Source of the DNA: Candidatus Levyibacteriota bacterium
Lineage (GTDB): Bacteria; Patescibacteriota; Microgenomatia; Levybacterales; UBA12049
Assembly (NCBI GenBank): GCA_043807135.1
Contig: JAZDGF010000001.1
Span: forward strand, 68,573 to 132,572
DNA: 64,000 nt
Direction: 5' to 3'
This document shows, piece after piece, positions 56,133 through 64,000 of the stretch. The notes under the pieces are model-generated. The model was given only the letters and a program-made list of their open reading frames with translations. It was not told the DNA's origin and ran no database searches. Made by a program: the position numbers and the translations under genes. Position 1 is the first letter of the stretch. Every line of letters starts with the position of its first letter.

Positions 56133-56840
56133 TTATTCTTTTTTCTGTTCATACTCTTCCTTTATAGGTCCTTCTTTTTTAACTTCTCCTTCTGCGCCTT
56201 CCTCGCCTTCGGCTGGTTCTTCACCTTCGGCAACTTCTCCTTCTGCGCCTTCCTCGCCTTCGGCTGGTTCTTCAGGTTCAGGCTCTTCAACAATTAGTTC
56301 TGCAATCTTTGCAACCACTTGTCCTGGATCTGTAAGAATAGTGACCCCAGAAGGTGACTTAAGATCAGCAACTGTAATCTGATCATTAACTGCAGCTAAA
56401 TTTTCTACATTTACCTCGATATTTTCAGGAAGCTCTTCAGGTAATGCCTCAACCTCAATTTCATGTAAAATTTCCATTAAAAGTCCAAGCTTTTCAGAAA
56501 CAGCAATAGGTTCTCCAATAAATGAAAGAGGAACCATTGTTTTTATTTTCTCTTTAAGATTTACTTTAAAAAAATCTGCGTGAAGGGGAGTTCTATGATA
56601 ATTAGTTTGAACACTATGGATAAGAGAAGGTATGGTTTTTCCATCAAACTCCACATCAACAATTCCCGTTGCACCAACTTGTTTGTAAATTTTATCAAAA
56701 TCATTAAAAGAAACCTGAACTGAAGCAGATTTAATGTCTTTGCCGTAGATATTGGCAGGAAGTATTCCTTCGCGTCTTAAATTCTTTACTTTTTTTCCTA
56801 AAATCTTTCTTTTTTCAACGCTAAGTTGAGGGTGTTTCAT
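56133..56840 (-). CDS. rplY: 50S ribosomal protein bL25 (long form)
   Basis: R.ILGKKVK.LRREG.LPAN.YG, HADF..V, VP....GE, EVEALP..LPE.I.V. Confidence 0.95.
   Translation of the reverse strand: MKHPQLSVEKRKILGKKVKNLRREGILPANIYGKDIKSASVQVSFNDFDKIYKQVGATGIVDVEFDGKTIPSLIHSVQTNYHRTPLHADFFKVNLKEKIKTMVPLSFIGEPIAVSEKLGLLMEILHEIEVEALPEELPENIEVNVENLAAVNDQITVADLKSPSGVTILTDPGQVVAKIAELIVEEPEPEEPAEGEEGAEGEVAEGEEPAEGEEGAEGEVKKEGPIKEEYEQKKE
56181..56274. repeat. 43-bp perfect repeat, 51-bp period, in the acidic tail of rplY
   Basis: AACTTCTCCTTCTGCGCCTTCCTCGCCTTCGGCTGGTTCTTCA at 56181 and 56232; encodes EEPAEGEEGAEGEV twice. Confidence 0.92.
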
Positions 56841-56899
56841 AACTTGATATTTTACAGGAAAGAAATATGGATTACAAGAGTGCTATAATTTAAAAGAAA

Positions 56900-57385
56900 A
56901 TGCGCATTTTAGGAATTGACCCAGGAATAGGAAGAACAGGATGGGGGATTATTGAGGTACAAAGTTCAAAAATAAAAGTTCACAATTTTGGATGCATTGA
57001 AACACCTGCAGATGAGAGTGTTTCAAAAAGACTTGAAAGTATTTATGATAAAGTCTTAAAGCTTATAAAGATTCACAAACCCGAAGAAATGGCAGTAGAA
57101 GAACTTTTTTTTAATACAAACAGCAAAACTGCATTTATTGTAGGGCAGGCAAGAGGAGTAATTGTCTTAGCAGGAGAAAAAGCAAAGATTCCCAGCTTCT
57201 CCTATACTCCTCTCCAGGTAAAAATTGCCGTAACCGGTTACGGGAGGGCGGAGAAAGAACAGGTAGGAATAATGATTAAGAACCTGCTTGCTCTAAAAGT
57301 TATTCCTAAACCAGATGACGTAACAGATGCGCTTGCTGTTGCAATTACTCATAGCTCTTCAAGATCAAGTCAATTTAAAAAATAG
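56900..57385 (+). CDS. ruvC: Holliday junction resolvase RuvC
   Basis: ILGIDPG, VEELFF, QARGV, YTP.QVK..VTGYG.A.K, PDD..DALA. Confidence 0.97.
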   Translation: MRILGIDPGIGRTGWGIIEVQSSKIKVHNFGCIETPADESVSKRLESIYDKVLKLIKIHKPEEMAVEELFFNTNSKTAFIVGQARGVIVLAGEKAKIPSFSYTPLQVKIAVTGYGRAEKEQVGIMIKNLLALKVIPKPDDVTDALAVAITHSSSRSSQFKK

Positions 57386-57408
57386 CTATGTTATAATCAG
57401 AAAGCTTT

Positions 57409-57984
57409 ATGATAGGTTCTTTAAAAGGAGTAATTGAAATATTAGACCATCCGTATGCGCTAATCAATGTTAATGGAATAGGATATAAGGTTTTACTTCA
57501 TGGGACACTTCTTTCAGGTCTTAAGCTAAATGATTCAATAAAGATATTTACATACACACATGTAAAAGAAGATGCCTTAGAGTTGTTTGGTTTTTCAAGA
57601 TTTGAAGATCTTAAGCTTTTTGAAAATTTAATATCAGTATCGGGAGTAGGTCCTAAAACAGCAATTTCTATTTTTTCCTGTGGAACAAGAGAGGAAATAA
57701 TAGAGGCAATAGTGAAAGGGGACGTAAGTTTTTTTACAGATGTTCCTAGACTTGGGCGAAAAAATGCTCAAAAGATTATTATCGAGCTTAAAAATAAAAT
57801 GGGGAGCATTGAGGATCTTGATTTGTCAAAAGAAGGAAAAAGTGAAAATAATGAAGTAGTAATGGCGCTTAAAGGATTTGGGTTTTCGGTAAAAGAAGCA
57901 CAAACTGCTTTAAGAGCTGTAAGAAATGAAGCAAAAACAGTAGAGGAAAAAATCAAATTGGCTCTTAAGCATTTAGGAAAATAG
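57409..57984 (+). CDS. ruvA: Holliday junction branch migration protein RuvA
   Basis: MIG.L.G, V.GIGY, HVKED...LFGF, V.GVGPK.A, VP.LG.K.A..I..ELK. Confidence 0.97.
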   Translation: MIGSLKGVIEILDHPYALINVNGIGYKVLLHGTLLSGLKLNDSIKIFTYTHVKEDALELFGFSRFEDLKLFENLISVSGVGPKTAISIFSCGTREEIIEAIVKGDVSFFTDVPRLGRKNAQKIIIELKNKMGSIEDLDLSKEGKSENNEVVMALKGFGFSVKEAQTALRAVRNEAKTVEEKIKLALKHLGK

Positions 57985-57999
57985 TCTTTATTACTTGTT

Positions 58000-59046
58000 A
58001 TGGATAAATCAAAAATAAAATCAAAAAAAGATATTGAAGAAAATAACCCTGAAGAAGAAGTTTTATTTATTTCTCTTCGTGCCAAAGAGTGGAATGATTT
58101 TGCAGGGCAAAAAAATATCAAGGAATCTTTGAAAATTGCAATTACTGCCGCAAAAAAGCGAAAAGAAGCAATAGAGCATATTCTTCTTTATGGTCCTCCA
58201 GGGCTAGGTAAAACAACACTATCTCACTTAATTGCTAAAGAAATGGAAAGTAATATTAGGGTGACTTCAGGACCTGCTATAGAAAGAGCAGGAGATCTTG
58301 CTTCAATCTTAACAAATCTAGAAGAGGGAGATATTCTCTTTATTGATGAAATTCATAGACTGAATAAGGTTGTTGAAGAAACCCTTTATCCGGCAATGGA
58401 AGATTATGCATTAGACATTATTATAGGAAAGGGTCCTTCTGCACGAACTTTAAGACTTGATCTTCCGCATTTCACAATTATTGGAGCAACAACCAGAATT
58501 GGTCTTTTGTCTTCTCCAATGAGAGATCGCTTTGGTGTTGTGCATCGTTTAAATTTCTACTTTCCAAATGAGCTTGAAGAAATTATTTTAAAAGCAGCAA
58601 AAAAATTGTCGGTTCCAATTGATAAAGAGTCTGTTAGGGAAATTTCAAAAAGAGGAAGGGGAACACCAAGAATTGCTTTAAAGCTTTTAAAAAGAATAAG
58701 AGATTTTGCCCAGGTAAGAGGAGAAGGTAAGATTAATAAAACTTTAATAAAAGATGCCTTAAAAATGCTTGAGGTAGATGAAATAGGATTGGATAACTCA
58801 GACATAAGATACATAAAAGCAATTATTGAAAAACACGCTGGTGGTCCAGTTGGGATAGAAACAATAGCAGCAACAATTGCAGAAGACATTGGCACAATAG
58901 AGGATGTAATTGAACCATTTTTAATGCAAACAGGTCTTTTAAAAAAAACTAATAGAGGTAGAATGGTGACAAAAGCAGCATATCATCATTTTTCTCTAAA
59001 TTTTCCTAAGGAAAATTTAGAGAAAAAACAACAGAAGTTATTATAG
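58000..59046 (+). CDS. ruvB: Holliday junction helicase RuvB
   Basis: [47 protein letters not shown]. Confidence 0.98.
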   Translation: MDKSKIKSKKDIEENNPEEEVLFISLRAKEWNDFAGQKNIKESLKIAITAAKKRKEAIEHILLYGPPGLGKTTLSHLIAKEMESNIRVTSGPAIERAGDLASILTNLEEGDILFIDEIHRLNKVVEETLYPAMEDYALDIIIGKGPSARTLRLDLPHFTIIGATTRIGLLSSPMRDRFGVVHRLNFYFPNELEEIILKAAKKLSVPIDKESVREISKRGRGTPRIALKLLKRIRDFAQVRGEGKINKTLIKDALKMLEVDEIGLDNSDIRYIKAIIEKHAGGPVGIETIAATIAEDIGTIEDVIEPFLMQTGLLKKTNRGRMVTKAAYHHFSLNFPKENLEKKQQKLL

Positions 59047-60753
59047 CTATTTACAATTCCCCTGGTACTTGAACAAATAAATATTTGAAAGCTTCTTGTT
59101 TGATGTTGAATAAAAAGATGCAAGGTTATGTAAAGCAGGACAGAAAAAAGGATCAAGTTTTAATATATTTTCGTAAATTTTAATTTCCTGATCTTTTAGT
59201 CCTGTTTTATTTAAAAACACTGATAGTTTTATTAATGACACTTTATTATCAAAATCAATATTAGAAAACTTTAGATCATTAACATCCATTTTATATTTTT
59301 CAATAACATCTTTATTTTCTAAATTATCCTTAACAAGAATTATTACATAATCATCGATGTAAATAATTTTCCAGTTATTATTTCTTACAATTTTAAAAAG
59401 AAAAGAATTTGCCCAAGGTGTTTGGTCAAGATACGAAAAAAAGATAACATTAAATTTATATTTACTATCTACTCTGTTAAAAACACTTTCTTCATATTGC
59501 ATAGGAATATACACATCTTTAAAGAATTCTGCGGGGTATTCTCCCGGTCTCCCGTCAATAAAAACCTTAGTTTTTGGGTAAAAACGGTAATCAAGGTAAC
59601 TTCCGATGTCAAAGTTGTTAAAAATTGGATTTTTCAAATTATTTTCAATAAAAAAGTTAGCTGCCTTTTCAGCACCCATATCAACTCCGAATCCAAATCC
59701 CTTTGACCCAGAAACCTGAAATATCTGTAAAATTAAAACTAGCAAAAGAATATAGTAGATATATTTATGTATTGTTTTTGGAATATTTTTTGCAATAATT
59801 GTGTAATTATACGTAAAGGCAATAAATGTCCCAAATACAAAAAGAGGAAAGTTTCTGATTGCTATTACACAGAGATAAATAAAAAGAACTGAAAGAAAGA
59901 AGTCAATTAACCTTGCCTTTTTTAAAAGAACAATAAAACTAAGAAGAAGAAGAGTAGCTGAAATTACAAAATAGATAATTGTTTGTTTTTGAAAATAATT
60001 CCATAATAATAAAATGTTTTGATTTTCTTCTATAGTATATCCATAATTTTGCTGAAAGATAAAAGGATAGATTGCGCCTTTTAGATAATTAGGGTTTAGA
60101 AATGTTGAAAAAAGAGAAAGGGTAAAAACTAAGAAAAAAACCTTTGTTTTAGTTGAGAGTAAATCTTTTTTATTTATTATTAAGTTTTCTACTAAGAATA
60201 AAAATAAAACAGCAAGGCCAACAATAAAATAGATATGCATGTTTACCCATAAAAGTTCTATAAAGGGGAGTATTAAAATCCAGTAAGTAAATTTTTTACG
60301 GTATTTATAAAGAATAAAAATAAAAATAGATAAAAATAAATAACTAAAGATTTCTGGCCTTATATCAGTTCTTTCAAAAAGAATACGTAAATAAAGTATG
60401 GAACCTATAGTAATAACAATAGGAGAGTTTTTGTTTTTTAATGCTTTTAAAAATATTAATAAAAATGCAACTATTACAATAATTGTAGAAAAAATTAAAA
60501 GACCGTTAAAATTTATTAATTTAAAGACTAGATAAAAAATTACCTCAGATAGCCAATGCAAATTTATAAATGGAAAGTCTGGGTATGTGTAAGAGAAAAG
60601 ATTTGTTTTTGGAATACTAAAATTTTTTAAAATTATTTCTCCCAGTAGCAAATGACGTCCCAGGTCTTGGGTTATCGCTCTTATTGGATGGAAAAAACCA
60701 ACAAATAAAAGTAAAAAAATACCAAAGAATGCAATATACTTTTCAATTTTCAT
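59047..60753 (-). CDS. Polytopic membrane protein, GT-C glycosyltransferase-like, with C-terminal TPR-like segment
   Basis: DLGRHL..G, FSYT......HWL.E, RPE.FS, W.N.H, NP, RN, FN.FD.G.YL, FIDGR...Y; start 60753. Confidence 0.65.
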   Translation of the reverse strand: MKIEKYIAFFGIFLLLFVGFFHPIRAITQDLGRHLLLGEIILKNFSIPKTNLFSYTYPDFPFINLHWLSEVIFYLVFKLINFNGLLIFSTIIVIVAFLLIFLKALKNKNSPIVITIGSILYLRILFERTDIRPEIFSYLFLSIFIFILYKYRKKFTYWILILPFIELLWVNMHIYFIVGLAVLFLFLVENLIINKKDLLSTKTKVFFLVFTLSLFSTFLNPNYLKGAIYPFIFQQNYGYTIEENQNILLLWNYFQKQTIIYFVISATLLLLSFIVLLKKARLIDFFLSVLFIYLCVIAIRNFPLFVFGTFIAFTYNYTIIAKNIPKTIHKYIYYILLLVLILQIFQVSGSKGFGFGVDMGAEKAANFFIENNLKNPIFNNFDIGSYLDYRFYPKTKVFIDGRPGEYPAEFFKDVYIPMQYEESVFNRVDSKYKFNVIFFSYLDQTPWANSFLFKIVRNNNWKIIYIDDYVIILVKDNLENKDVIEKYKMDVNDLKFSNIDFDNKVSLIKLSVFLNKTGLKDQEIKIYENILKLDPFFCPALHNLASFYSTSNKKLSNIYLFKYQGNCK

Positions 60754-60822
60754 AGAAACATAATTTATCTTGCATTGTAAGCTATATAATACCATTTTAA
60801 AAAAAAGATAACTTACAAAGCG

Positions 60823-60851
60823 TTGACAATAAAAATATAAAACGGTAAACT
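60823..60851 (+). promoter_or_regulatory. Sigma70 promoter of guaB (leaderless or near-leaderless)
   Basis: TTGACA-17 nt-TAAACT, 5 nt before ATG 60857. Confidence 0.8.
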
Positions 60852-60856
60852 TGGTT

Positions 60857-62005
60857 ATGGAGTCTGGTAAAATTAATTCCTCACCTGGCTTAACCTTCGA
60901 TGACGTTCTACTTCTCCCAAATTATACTGAATTTTTAAGATCAGAAATAAATCTTTCTACAAAGCTTACCAAAAAAATAAAACTTACAATTCCTTTTGTT
61001 TCTGCCCCAATGGATACTGTTACGGAAAGTAAGCTGGCAATTGAACTTGCAAGATTGGGAGGAATTGGAATAATTCATAGAAATTTAACAATAGAGAATC
61101 AAGCAAATGAAGTTAAAAAAACAAAAAAACAAAAACTTTTAGTAGGCGCTGCAATTGGAGCAAGCAATGGAGTTGAAGAAAGAATAAAAGTCTTACAAAA
61201 AGCAGGAGTAGATGTGCTAGTTGTTGATTCGGCGCATGGCTATTCAAAAGGAGTAATAGCCACAGTTAAGTATATTAGAAAAAGCTATCCTAAGATGGAT
61301 ATAATTGCCGGAAATATTGCAACCTATGATGGAGCAGTTGCTTTAATAAAAGCAGGCGTTGATGGTCTTCGTGTTGGTATGGGTCCTGGAGCAATTTGTA
61401 CAACCAGAATAATTTCCGGCATGGGGGTTCCTCAAATTACTGCAATACTAGAGACTGTAAGAGCTGTAAAAAAAACAGGAATACCGATTATTGCAGATGG
61501 TGGAATTAAATATTCAGGAGATATAACAAAAGCTTTAGCAGCAGGTGCGTCTACAATTATGATGGGAAGTTTTTTTGCGGCAGCAAAAGAATCTCCTGGG
61601 AAAACATTCCTTCTTAAAAAAGAAGAGGTACCGGATAGATTTAAGAGTATCTTTAATCATAAACATACGAGTTTCCTTTTCAAGCAATACCGAGGTATGG
61701 GATCAATTTCTGCAATGAAAAAAGGTGCAAAAATAAAATCAGAAGATGAATTCCATGGTAAAAATTATAAAGACAGAACATTGGTTGCAGAAGGAGTAGA
61801 AGGAATGGTACTTGTTAAAGGAACAGTAAGGGAATTACTTGATCAGGCAATTGGAGGAGTTAAATCAGGAATGTATTATGTGGGAGCCAAAAACATTGAA
61901 GAGCTCTGGAAAAATGCAAAGTTTATTCAAATAACTCAAGCGTCTCTTGGAGAAAGTCATCCTCATAGTATTTTGGTAACAAATCCTGGAAAAAACTACT
62001 CATAA
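60857..62005 (+). CDS. guaB: IMP dehydrogenase lacking CBS domains
   Basis: LTFDDVLLLP, SAPMDTVTE, VDSAHG, GMGPGAICTTR (catalytic Cys), ADGGI, YRGMGS, AEGVEG; no Bateman subdomain. Confidence 0.93.
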   Translation: MESGKINSSPGLTFDDVLLLPNYTEFLRSEINLSTKLTKKIKLTIPFVSAPMDTVTESKLAIELARLGGIGIIHRNLTIENQANEVKKTKKQKLLVGAAIGASNGVEERIKVLQKAGVDVLVVDSAHGYSKGVIATVKYIRKSYPKMDIIAGNIATYDGAVALIKAGVDGLRVGMGPGAICTTRIISGMGVPQITAILETVRAVKKTGIPIIADGGIKYSGDITKALAAGASTIMMGSFFAAAKESPGKTFLLKKEEVPDRFKSIFNHKHTSFLFKQYRGMGSISAMKKGAKIKSEDEFHGKNYKDRTLVAEGVEGMVLVKGTVRELLDQAIGGVKSGMYYVGAKNIEELWKNAKFIQITQASLGESHPHSILVTNPGKNYS

Positions 62006-62007
62006 TT

Positions 62008-62093
62008 ATGATTTATATTATTGATTTTGGATCACACTAACTCATCTTGTTTAAAGAATATTTAAAGAAGTAAATATTGAAACAAGAATTATA
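62008..62093 (+). pseudogene. guaA: Degraded 5' relic of GMP synthase
   Basis: ATG 2 nt after guaB stop: MIYIIDFGS(H*), frameshift, THLV*RIFKEVNIETRII; matches the GuaA N-terminus IIDFGSQ.T.LI.RR.RE; truncated by convergent purB. Confidence 0.75.
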
Positions 62094-63474
62094 GTTTTTT
62101 TAAAAATCTTTCAGTTCTTTCTCTTGCATTTCCTGTATGTTTTTCTGGAGTAAAATATTTTAAAATTTCTTCTCCCTTTATATATTTATTAATCCTTTTA
62201 TCTTTTATTAAGAGTTCAATTAAATTATTTTCTTTTCCGCTTGAAACATTTTTCCAGGCAAGCATAGAGTTTTCTCTAATTGCTTCATGCACTCCTTGTC
62301 TGTCTGCGCCCCTTTTTACAAGTCCCATCATTAAGCTTTCTGTGGAAGAAAAAATTCCATACTTTTTAAGATTTACTTTAATAACGTTTTCAAAAATAAC
62401 AAGGTCTTTTATAATTGAATTAGTTGTTTTTAAGCATTCATCTATTGCCAAAAAAGCTTCTGGCATGAAAACTCTTTTCGCAGCAGAATCATCAAGAGTT
62501 CTTTCCAAAAGACTCATTGCCGGATTTGACCAAGCTACCTGAAAAAGAGAAGAAGCAAATCTACACAGTGAACAAATCTTTTCTGCCTTGTCCGGATTTT
62601 TTTTAAAAGGCATTGCAGAGGAACCAACCCTTTTTTTGCTTATTGGCTCACTCCACTCTCCGAAATTTGGAGACTGCATAATTCTTAAATCAAAACTAAA
62701 TTTATGTAAAGAAGAGGCAATATTTGCTAAAGCTTCAATTATTAATAAGTCAATTTTTCTTGGATATGTTTGTCCTGAAACATCAACAGCATCAATTTTA
62801 AGATTCTTCATTACTTCTTTTTCTAAATCAAAAGAATTCATTTTAGTATCTTTTAATAAATGTTCATAGCTTGCAGAAGTTCCGACAGCTCCTTTTATAC
62901 CTTTCCCTTTAATAAAGCTTTCAATTTTTTCAATAAATTCAAAATCCCATAAAAGATCCTGAGCATAAAGACTTAATCTATATCCAATTGTTGTTGGTTC
63001 CGCTGGTTGGAGATGCGTATATCCCATGCAGGGAGTATTTTTATATTTTCTAATTTGTTTTTCAAAATTTTTTATTACTTCTTTTAATTTACTTTTAATT
63101 AAATCAAGAGATTTTTTAGTAAGTAAGAGATCGGCATTATCAACGATATCCATAGAGGTTGCTCCCAAATGAATTTTCCCTCCTCCTATTTTGCATTGTT
63201 CGGCATAAGTTTTTATTTCAGCCATTAAGTCATGATAAATTTCTTTTTCGATTTCATGAGCTCTTTTTATATCAATATTGTCTTTATGATTTTCAATATC
63301 TTTTAATTCTTCTCTAGTGATAATTCCTGCTTTGTGTTGTGCTTTTGCAAGCTCTACCCAAATTGTTCTCCAAACTTTTCTTTTATTTTCCTCAGACCAT
63401 ATTTTTCGCATTTCATGAGATCCGTAACGCCAAGAAAAAGGCGAGAGATATGTATCAAAATTTAATTTATCCAT
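62089..63474 (-). CDS. purB: Adenylosuccinate lyase
   Basis: YLSPFSWRYGS, HD.MAE, IHLGATS, TH.QPA, GSSAMPFKKNP, ERTLDDSA; start ATG 63474. Confidence 0.95.
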   Translation of the reverse strand: MDKLNFDTYLSPFSWRYGSHEMRKIWSEENKRKVWRTIWVELAKAQHKAGIITREELKDIENHKDNIDIKRAHEIEKEIYHDLMAEIKTYAEQCKIGGGKIHLGATSMDIVDNADLLLTKKSLDLIKSKLKEVIKNFEKQIRKYKNTPCMGYTHLQPAEPTTIGYRLSLYAQDLLWDFEFIEKIESFIKGKGIKGAVGTSASYEHLLKDTKMNSFDLEKEVMKNLKIDAVDVSGQTYPRKIDLLIIEALANIASSLHKFSFDLRIMQSPNFGEWSEPISKKRVGSSAMPFKKNPDKAEKICSLCRFASSLFQVAWSNPAMSLLERTLDDSAAKRVFMPEAFLAIDECLKTTNSIIKDLVIFENVIKVNLKKYGIFSSTESLMMGLVKRGADRQGVHEAIRENSMLAWKNVSSGKENNLIELLIKDKRINKYIKGEEILKYFTPEKHTGNARERTERFLKKL

Positions 63475-63481
63475 AGGGAAA

Positions 63482-64000
63482 TTATAGTATAAACTTTTCA
63501 ATTACATAAGCAAGTCCATCTTCTTCAACCGTTGGCGCAACAAAATCAGCAATATCTTTTAATTCTTCAACAGCATTTCCCATGGCAACTCTAAACCCTG
63601 CTGCCATAAAAAGCGGAAAATCGTTATGTCCATCACCAACAACAATAATTTCATGAGTATTAATTTTTAAATGTCTTGCTAGTTTTAAAACAGCGTATTG
63701 TTTTGTAGCTTTAACATGGGAAACAAGAATTGCCCTTGTTCCTGTTCTCCAGCCGGAAATTTCATGAATAGAGATTGTTGGTACATGCGAAATTGAAGCA
63801 ATTGTTTTACCTGCCTCTTCAGGAGTTAATCCAGGAACGTAAATATTAAAAGGCTTTTCAGGATTATACTTATTAGTAAATTCAATGTCTCTTTCGTTAT
63901 CTTGAATAAATATAGGTACGGGAAGTTTTAGTTTTTTTAAAAGTTTACAAGTTTTAACAACATCTTCTTTATTAATTGTTTGCTCAAAAACTATTTTTTT
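63482..64000 (-). CDS. Cof-like HAD hydrolase (5' end outside window)
   Basis: Manual translation: ATKQYAV..LA.HL.I...EIIVVGDGHNDFPLFMAAGFRVAMGNAVEELKDIADFVAPTVEEDG. Confidence 0.9.
   Translation of the reverse strand, partial: KKIVFEQTINKEDVVKTCKLLKKLKLPVPIFIQDNERDIEFTNKYNPEKPFNIYVPGLTPEEAGKTIASISHVPTISIHEISGWRTGTRAILVSHVKATKQYAVLKLARHLKINTHEIIVVGDGHNDFPLFMAAGFRVAMGNAVEELKDIADFVAPTVEEDGLAYVIEKFIL

Noticed and set aside
1522-62869. Numerous 60-160 aa ORFs antisense or out of frame within long genes (e.g. 9295, 23134, 23479, 27289, 36812, 40114, 50561, 57768)
   Set aside because: Fully nested in well-supported genes, with F/S/L/I-rich composition typical of antisense frames in AT-rich DNA.

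Overview
AT-rich chromosomal window spanning the replication origin (dnaN-dnaA / rpmH-rnpA-yidD-yidC-jag) of a reduced-genome bacterium. Gene content and style (VirB2-like pilin array, PrgI/VirB4 locus, DUF4012, DUF2090, short ValRS, tRNA-Arg(GCG), leaderless genes, standard genetic code) suggest Patescibacteria/CPR, probably Microgenomates (inference). Left: pgk, two tandem class A PBPs, a sugar-phosphate cluster, a permuted SpoIID protein, smpB-ssrA, comF, five tRNAs (all four Ser isoacceptors plus Arg-GCG) and a small decayed islet behind tRNA-Ser(TGA). The centre (25.4-43.3 kb) is a chromosomal, monoderm-conjugation-like type IV secretion locus abutting dnaN. It holds a VirB6-like protein, four VirB2-like pilins (one frameshifted), PrgI, VirB4, a triple-catalytic-domain peptidoglycan hydrolase and NlpC/P60. 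Interleaved are a degenerate-NTPase/wHTH regulator and acidic orphan proteins that are candidate substrates; no VirD4, relaxase or integrase is seen in the window. Right: envelope glycan genes, rnhA, valS, rplY, ruvCAB, guaB, a guaA relic, purB and a HAD hydrolase. All family assignments come from motif recognition by eye, without database searches.
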